From the NCBI GenBank assembly GCA_937625935.1, contig OW569364.1:1-64000 (forward strand): a stretch of 64,000 nt of DNA, read 5' to 3'. The notes under the pieces are model-generated. The model was not told the DNA's origin, ran no database searches, and was given only the letters and a program-made list of their open reading frames with translations. Below, in pieces: positions 57,155 through 64,000 of the stretch; position 1 is the first letter of the stretch; each line of letters starts with the position of its first letter. The translations under genes were made by a program, and so were the position numbers. The DNA comes from Tetramitus jugosus (lineage: Eukaryota; Protista; Heterolobosea).

Positions 57155-58127
57155 TTTTTTTTTAATACAACCATTTCGGTTGCTCACTTATTGTCTATTG
57201 TTTTCTTCAGCCATCGCTCGCAGAGCGGTGGCTCTTGGTCACCTCTTTAATTCCCAATGACGCTCGCATTGCTGTTGTTTCGCTTTTGTTGTGGGCCCCA
57301 ACGATGAAGGAGGGTCGTGAGACACCTCCGTTTCACACTGTTCACGTATGTTCTTGCTTTCTTTTCTGCCACTGGGTCCATTAACCACCAGGTTCTATGC
57401 TCTCCACGCAGAATACTTTGACAGTTTCTCATCTGGCAATCATGATGCTCAACATATGATGCCACTTCGAACCGTTTGAGCGATGGCTCTTGGTCGTCTG
57501 ATTAATTCCCAATGACGCTCTGCGAGCGTCATTGCTGTTGTTTCGCTTTTGTTGCGGTGAAGAGGTGAAGGAGAGTCGTGAGACATCTCCGTTTCACCCC
57601 ATTCACATAGGTTCTTGCTTTCTTACCGGCTTCTGCTGTTTTGATCCCAATCGCTACCAGTCCGTTGGTGACATCTTCGATGGCATTTGTTTCTATGCCC
57701 ATCATACCCTTCAGAAATTCTCTACTCGTCCATCGCAAAGGACGCTTTTCCATCTTGCCATCCTTCTGTCTCACATTATCGAACCATATGTCGATACAGC
57801 TGTTGGCGGACACACCCATGCTGATCAGCTCCTTACTGACTGTCAAGGCTAAACATCTTCTTGCATACACAGCCCTTGGGCATCGAATGAGACAGTGCAA
57901 CACACTTTCGGGTTCTTTGTTGCACCAGACACACTTTGTGGGCTCGGCACCAGTGATATACAGACAGAATGTGTAGAGTCCCACTTCTGACCTGAAGCTG
58001 GAACCATTCCAGCCTTCTGTCAACAGTGTGTGTTCTTGAGAAAGCAGAAGTCTGCCCCACTGTAGTTGGCATCCTTTTGAATCCACCAACGCTCGCTCTT
58101 CTCTACACGTGCATTTCTCTCCTGATC
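57155..58127 (-). mobile_element. Non-LTR retrotransposon, copy B (same family as copy A): compound 3' fragments B2 (~57475-58127) and B1 (57155-~57470)
   Basis: QER..WW..FLKN..VDRRLEWF..QVRSG.LH, CVWC..EPES.LHCL.RC and SRE.L.GMMG align with copy A. A9 tail; degenerate TSD 57137-57154 / 58128-58143. Confidence 0.88.
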
Positions 58128-58177
58128 ATTCCGCTCAGCAACAAAACGCGGAGATTGCTTCAATTTTCATAAAGAAT

Positions 58178-58284
58178 GTCTACGTTCATACAATGGTGGA
58201 ACCACCTCTTCCCATTTCGAATAGAGAAGTTAAGCACCATCTGGCTGAGTTAGTATTGAGATAGGAGACTACTCGAGAACCCTC
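58178..58284 (+). pseudogene. 3'-truncated 5S rRNA gene copy
   Basis: Identical to the first 107 nt of 53902-54020; lacks the helix I 3' strand and the T-run. Confidence 0.88.
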
Positions 58285-58379
58285 GGAAGATCAAAGCTTG
58301 CATTTGAGCATGAAACTACCTCCAATCGAAACAGTGTACAATGAGCTGGGGAAAGAGGAATGAAGAAAGATAAGCTTTT

Positions 58380-58580
58380 ACCTTCTGTAAAATCAAGAAA
58401 GAACCTTAATCTGTCAATCATATTCACATCCTAACTTGGTGAGTTTCCCCGCGTTGAGTCGAATTAAGCCGCATACTCCACTCCTGGTGGTGCCTTTCCG
58501 TCAATTCCTTTAAGTTTCAACCTTGCGACCATACTCCCCCCAGAACCCAAAAACTTAACGGTTTCCCTTGGGTTCTGATA
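58380..58580 (-). rRNA. Isolated 18S rRNA fragment (~200 nt)
   Basis: Reverse complement contains GGGGGGAGTATGGTCGCAAGG.TGAAACTTAAAGGAATTGACGG, GCGGCTTAATTCGACTCAAC and GATTGACAGATT...TCTTTCTTGATT. Confidence 0.9.
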
Positions 58581-58849
58581 GGATCTAAAAGTCTCACTAC
58601 TCCTGATGTTTGCGAATTTCACGGATCAGGTTTCCGATCGTCAAGTTTAACGCGAATGAAGGACAGGTTGATGATGGAGGACAACATCTTGGTATTTGGG
58701 GTATTACCGAGTTTGTTGCGTGGCAAAACGACTAGGTGTCTCCTGTCAAGCAAGTCCTTCACTCGCCCCACGTAAAAAGTAATTTTAATTGGATCTTGTG
58801 CAACAACATTTTGAAGAGTAGAACATATAACAACAGAAAAGCAAGTAAC

Positions 58850-59209
58850 ATGACAGAACCAATTAAGCCTAAAATTTGTGTGTATTGGAGAGGTGGTTTT
58901 AGAGGCTACTTAGTTAGGACTGAGGACGGATACTTCTTAGTGACTGAAATTTCAACTGACATGAATCCTCGCTACACCTCCTTCAAATCTTTCGTTGAGA
59001 ACTCTACGATTGGACTGTCTCAGGACTACATCTCTGGAAAAGGGCCACTCTCTCGTGTTGAAATCTCAGGGCAAGCATACAATGACTTCGGCTTTGCAAA
59101 GTCAGAACTACCCACCGACAAACATGTTTCCTATTCTAAATTAAAGGAGGTGATCGGGGACACCTTGTCATTGGAAAGCATTTACACCTATATTGTAAAT
59201 CAGCCATAG
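58850..59209 (+). CDS. Small hypothetical protein
   Basis: 119-aa ATG-initiated ORF with globular composition; no confident family. Confidence 0.45.
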   Translation: MTEPIKPKICVYWRGGFRGYLVRTEDGYFLVTEISTDMNPRYTSFKSFVENSTIGLSQDYISGKGPLSRVEISGQAYNDFGFAKSELPTDKHVSYSKLKEVIGDTLSLESIYTYIVNQP

Positions 59210-59341
59210 TTCTCATTGGGTCCTGAGTCAGACAATAAAATCAACTTGGCTTTTCCAATTTGCAGCCATTGCAGTGTCTTTGTCCTGGAAGATCGAAACC
59301 CATAAACTACAAAAATCCAAACTATCGTGAACCCTGTTATC

Positions 59342-59423
59342 CCAAAAGTCGTTAGTTTCTCTGAGCAACCACAACTTCTTTGCAAAGTAGTCATTACATC
59401 GATCCAGCTTCAGGTGAAGAAAG
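59342..59423. repeat. Diverged duplicate of the 3' end of the RCC1 gene (54285-54367)
   Basis: Shared ACAACTTCTTTGCAAAGTAGTCATTACATCGA...TTCAGGTGAAGAAAG. Confidence 0.85.
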
Positions 59424-59439
59424 TTGTTCTGCTCAATTC

Positions 59440-59649
59440 AAGAAAGAAGGAACTTATGTGAATGGGGCCAACGACAACAGTTGCCCCTCCTGCACCTCTT
59501 TACCACAACAAAAGCGAAGCAACAGCAATGACACTCTGCGAGCGCAATTGGGAATTAAGCAGGGGACCAAGGGCCATCGCGAGAGAGCGATGGCTGATGA
59601 TAATTTATTGATAATAAAGTGAGCAACCGCAAAGGTTGTATTTAAAAAA
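59440..59649 (+). mobile_element. Short 3'-end remnant, copy C of the same retrotransposon family
   Basis: AAGAAAG..GAACTTATGTGAATGGGG, decayed hairpins, then AATAAAGTGAGCAACC...GGTTGTATTT-A6. Confidence 0.8.
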
Positions 59650-59721
59650 CAAAATTTTGGCACTGCTTCAAACGCACATACTTTTGATTGAAGGCGATTT
59701 ATTGTTAGGATGTAGTATGGG

Positions 59722-61547
59722 TTAGGCATTTGTTGCCGCAAACCTTGTTCTCTTTCGAAGAGGTGGGGCTTCTTTCTGGATTGAATCCTTCTTGGTACTG
59801 CTTGGTTCAACATCCGGCTTCATAAACTTCTCTTTAAGGCTGTTGTATTCATCTAGGATATATTCAATGATAGTTTCTGGATCTGGGATTAAGTTCTCAT
59901 CCGTTGTCAAGGCAATATTCAGCGTACCATTATAACTGAGAATCATGAGACCCAGACCAATGCCCCATGGAAGAGGAGTGAAAGGAAGAATACTGTTGAT
60001 CACTGAGCCCTCAATTGCACATTCTTCAGACACTGCCTGTACATTGCTAACAATCAAACTCTGATACTTTGACATGGTTTTGAAGAATTCTTTGAGCAAC
60101 CACACTGGAGTCACCTTTCCTATTGCAAAGTTGACAAAATTTGAGAAGAAACTCTCCGGTAATTTCTTGTTCCAGCTAGTGTCTTTCCTGATCCATGTCA
60201 ATCTTTGTTCTTGTTCTTTCATACCCAATGGAAGCTTGCATATCATGAAGCCAAACTTGTTGCTGGGAGTCACAAAGTCTTCGAGTCGAGTTCGAATATT
60301 GACTGGGATTCCAACTCGAACATCGCATCTCGAAACAGCGTCTCCTTTACTCTCAGTGTATCTATCGATTGCACCTGCAAGACAACACAACAGCACATCA
60401 TTAATAGTTGCTCCAAATGGCTTTCCAATAGCTTTCGCGTCTGCCACAGTTATTTTGTTTGAGGAGTATGCCACTCTTTTCTTTCCACCTGCTATGATTG
60501 GTAGCTCTTCTGAAGAAGAAGTTTTTGAAATTTTGTTTCGGTATCGGTTGAGCAACGTTGGAGGATCTAATCCTCCCACAAGTGTCTCAATAAACCACTT
60601 GTACAACGTTCTTAAGCAACCAAGGATGAGAAACACTCCAAAAAAGAGCATGTACACTTGTTTTAACACAGGATACTGTTTCAATCTTCCAATCAAGTTG
60701 GCTTGTTCCTTTCCTGTGGCTTCTTCTCTCTCCTTTTTCAAATTGTTCAACATTTTCTCAGTTGTGAATCCATCGCAGAGAGTTTGACAAATGAGAGCAA
60801 TCGAAGTACCATCTCCAATCACGTGATGAACCCTGAACAACATGATTTGGCCCTTGCTGTAACCATCCACAAGAAGAATCTCCCACTAAAACAAAAATCG
60901 GATTGTCAAATGTTAGTCAACTCGAAAAGGAAAAAATGTGTTTGCTTCAATCAACTACTACTTACCATTGGTTTTTCAATAGAGAAGGATTTCGTCATGC
61001 ATTCTGAGATTAGATCTCTCAGAGCTGCTTCTTCATCAAAGCTCTCTGCATCGGTTTGACCATTCAACTGTGTGCAAATGACATGTTCATTCACATCGAC
61101 ATCAACACTGACAAAGAAATTCAATTCATCATCAATTCTGCTGCTCAATCGATAGAATTGTTCCGTGTTGTTCAACAATTTTTCAGTTACAATCCTCTTC
61201 AAGGACTCTGGATCGAGAGGTTTGTCCAATATGAGTCCAGCAATGGCCACAGGAGGATTCGTATCCAGCTCTGTTCGAATCGACAGCGCACCCACATGCG
61301 TGAGTGATCTTCTGTGAGAGGAAAGTTTTCTTTCGAGTTCAACAGGTGACCCTTCGTTGCTGCTTGTGGCAGTAGCGGACGATTGAGACGATCTTCTGTG
61401 ATGGTTCCTTCGTTTCTTGTTGTGGTGTCGTTTCGCAGCCATTTTAAATGATTGCTCAATCTGAGGCACACTACCCATGGGTAAACTTGCCAATTCATCA
61501 GTAGCTCTCTCTTGTTTGCTACGCTTGTACACTCTCTTTTGCTTCAT
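59722..61547 (-). CDS. Wax ester synthase/diacylglycerol acyltransferase (WS/DGAT); intron 60886-60965
   Basis: Catalytic RVHHVIGDG, TINDVLL, PVNIR, SNV and SYNG motifs; splicing restores KPM-WE. Confidence 0.9.
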
Positions 61548-61894
61548 CTTGTTCTGCTGTCGATCGGCTCTCTGTATAAACTTTGTAAATAGTCCTTGAA
61601 AGTGGGGAATATGTTTTTTCTTTTTCAAAGGACAGCTTGTTTGTAAAAAACCACCCAAGCAAATGGGGAATGCAAGGTGGTTGGCCTTATGTCACATAAG
61701 CATTTCCATTCATAAATCTGCGAGCGTCATCACATAAAAAAAGGTCTCCACAAATAGAGTCAAGGAGAAAAACAAAAGTCCAGATCTGGCAAATGGAGCG
61801 ATCAAAGTTTACAATAAAAATAATCAACAACTACCAAAGGCTTTCTCCAGCTGAAAATACAAGTTTACACACAAAATAATAATTTACAAACATT

Positions 61895-62560
61895 TTATTT
61901 GGCGTACTTGGCAGTGTAATCTTTGGCATTCTTGTCGAATGAGGATCGATCATTAATGTACTCTTCTGCTACAGCCTCAGCCAATGGATGATCAACGTTT
62001 GGAGTTCTCAGTAGCTCCTGAAGTGCCAAAACAACTTCGTTGACAGTAATCATTGGTGACCAATCATCCTTTCTGATTATACCAAGACAGACTTTACCTT
62101 CCTTGTCTATCAACAACAAAACAAGCAAGAACAACAACAACAAAAATTTCATGTTAGCTTTTCTGTGCGCACAATCCCAAAAAAAATCAAGTGTGGTGCG
62201 CAACTTCCTGTAAGCTTTCAAACAACAACAACAACCAAAAAGCTTTTTGCACCAAAAAGCTTCTTCAACCAACAATGTGGGTCAAAAACAACAATAATCA
62301 ACAGTAAACATACCAAAATTTGGGTGATACACTTGATGAACACACTTGATCTCTGGTGGATGGAATGGATATTCATTTGGGAACTTGAAATCAAATGTAA
62401 ATGTGCCCTTTTCGTATGGTGTGCTCTTTGGTCCAATAAATGCCACTCTCCATTGATCCACCTTCTCATCAACCATGTCGACTGAACAGCCTTCCATTGG
62501 CTTCTTCTTGATGTTCATGAGTTCTTTGGTTAATCTTTGTTCTCTCTTTTGTGAGCTCAT
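61895..62560 (-). CDS. Ubiquitin-conjugating enzyme E2; intron 62107-62313
   Basis: RLTKEL, GP..TPYE.G.F, YPF.PP and spliced HPNF-DKEGKVCL...W.P. Confidence 0.92.
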
Positions 62561-62791
62561 CTTGTTGTTGTTTGTTTTGGATGGATGGTTATCAATCACT
62601 ATGTGTGTTTAGCTTTTGTGTTGCTTGTTTTTTGATTTTGTTTTGTTTCAGAACAATTTTTTTCGCATGCAAAATGGAAATCTTTATTTAGAACTTGAAA
62701 GACTTTCATGACAAGTTCGAGTGAGGAACATTGGCCTTGCGGGTGATGGTTCAACTACGACATTGTTGTTCTGTGAAAAGTTCATTTTTTA

Positions 62792-64000
62792 TTATTGATA
62801 GGTGATTGTAAAGTCAGACAAATCCTCTGTGCCTGTGATCACTAATCCCTTCTCATTGGCCAAATGCAACAGACAAATGAAGCAGAAGGGCACTGAAACA
62901 TCTGAAAAATCTGGTACTTTGGTGTTGTTGGTTCGATTTGGTAGGCTCTTGGCCTTGCTTACTTCACGCAGCGAAGTGATAACCGAGGAGAAATGCTTCG
63001 TGTTTGAATCTTCTTCCTTGTCGTTTGATGCTTCTTCTTCTTCCTTCTCGATAGCTTGCCATAAGTGATCCTTGAGAGCTTTAACGTCCACCTTCTTGGC
63101 TCTCGTGGCATACTTAATATTGAGCTTTTCCACTATCCGAGGTGCTTCTGCAAGTTTAACAGTTTGGTTCAAATCATTGACAATGTGTCCAGATTCCATT
63201 GGCTCATCTGAAACAGTCTGGTCCAGGTTTGGATTGTTGATCATTTCAGGTTGTATTATACCAGGCTGAATGTTGGAGGTGCTGTCGTCGTCATCATCTG
63301 CAAACAGGTCATCACCACCGAACGCTAGATCAAAACCTACATCACCTCCACCACCAATCATGGCATCTCCATCTGCGTCATCCTCATCAACTTCTTGTGC
63401 TGACGTTCTTTCAGAGGATTGTGTCTCTACTGTTGTTACAACAGAAGATTTGGATGATTTCTTCTTATTTGTCTGTGATGCCATGTTTGGCAATAAGAAT
63501 GGCTGTTGAAGCGAAGAAATGTCATAGTGTACATCTTCTGGCAATAGGTGCGTCTTCTTCACTGACGTTTTAATTGTTCGCTCAGCAATAGATATCGAAG
63601 ATTTCTTCTCTGTCTTGTCCACTTCAAATGCCTTCTTGCTGACCTCATAAGGTTCAGTAGTAAAATCAAATGAGGCAACATTTGTCTTCTTTCGTTTCTT
63701 GGTAGTTGTTTTCGACTTGCCTCTTTTGGATCTGGTGGAGCTAAATGTCCACAGATTAGCACCCGCCCAGTTGTTACCCTTGACCTTCTCTTGATCAATA
63801 AACGAGTATTGGTTTGCAAGGTCCAATTGATCTGACTCCATCAGTTGTGACAGAGGATTTTGGCTACTGGCAGCATTCGATTGCTGTGAAGACACTTGAG
63901 AGTCAGCAGCACCATCAGTGTTGGTCATTTCTTCATCTTCATATGTGTTAAAGTCTGCATCTAGAAGTCCTTCTTCATCATCTCCATCAGACAAATCACC
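62792..64000 (-). CDS. NCAPH: Condensin kleisin subunit CAP-H/Brn1, 3' part (runs off the window)
   Basis: NWAG...W, LLPED.HY, YA..AKKVDVK.LK..LW and SVPFCFICLLHLANEKGL. Confidence 0.9.
   Translation of the reverse strand, partial: GDLSDGDDEEGLLDADFNTYEDEEMTNTDGAADSQVSSQQSNAASSQNPLSQLMESDQLDLANQYSFIDQEKVKGNNWAGANLWTFSSTRSKRGKSKTTTKKRKKTNVASFDFTTEPYEVSKKAFEVDKTEKKSSISIAERTIKTSVKKTHLLPEDVHYDISSLQQPFLLPNMASQTNKKKSSKSSVVTTVETQSSERTSAQEVDEDDADGDAMIGGGGDVGFDLAFGGDDLFADDDDDSTSNIQPGIIQPEMINNPNLDQTVSDEPMESGHIVNDLNQTVKLAEAPRIVEKLNIKYATRAKKVDVKALKDHLWQAIEKEEEEASNDKEEDSNTKHFSSVITSLREVSKAKSLPNRTNNTKVPDFSDVSVPFCFICLLHLANEKGLVITGTEDLSDFTITYQ

Noticed and set aside
58850-59000. RAMA-like domain in the small ORF
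   Set aside because: Only a vague resemblance; the expected GW motif is absent.
16330-61547. Lipid-metabolism gene cluster (lipid kinase, CYP102-like, ceramidase, P450, WS/DGAT)
   Set aside because: The genes are scattered over 45 kb among unrelated housekeeping genes, with no sign of co-regulation.
61718-61745. CTGCGAGCGTCAT matching half of the retroelement hairpin, near an A-run
   Set aside because: Only 13 nt with no flanking homology; could be chance.

Overview
The window is the left end of a gene-dense eukaryotic chromosome with the standard genetic code and short GT-AG introns. It is probably from a heterolobosean (Naegleria/Acrasis-like) amoeboflagellate; this is inferred from the RGS, cyclase and RCC1 expansions, RIB43A and an 18S fragment. 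It starts with a (CCCAAA)n telomere joined directly to a broken SWIM/MULE-like ORF, followed by a decayed non-LTR retroelement that carries a 196-bp MITE. About 30 protein genes follow, including several bacterial-type ones (MHYT, CYP102-like, YegS-like, WS/DGAT, SBBP). There is also a tRNA-Leu(CAA), one intact and one truncated 5S rRNA gene, and an 18S rRNA fragment. The main finding is a non-LTR retrotransposon family with two independent 5'-truncated insertions sitting head-to-head 47 nt upstream of the tRNA gene and 50 nt upstream of a 5S gene. Each has a poly(A) tail and a degenerate ~16-bp target-site duplication, and the copies share 3'-UTR hairpins conserved by compensatory changes. 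This looks like a Pol III-targeted, TRE5-like system outside Dictyostelium. Other notable items are an F-box protein with a split histone H4-like fold, adjacent MHYT-PAS-RGS and thioredoxin-fold-RGS genes, and an Arf lacking its catalytic glutamine. All calls come from reading the sequence by eye; no searches were run.
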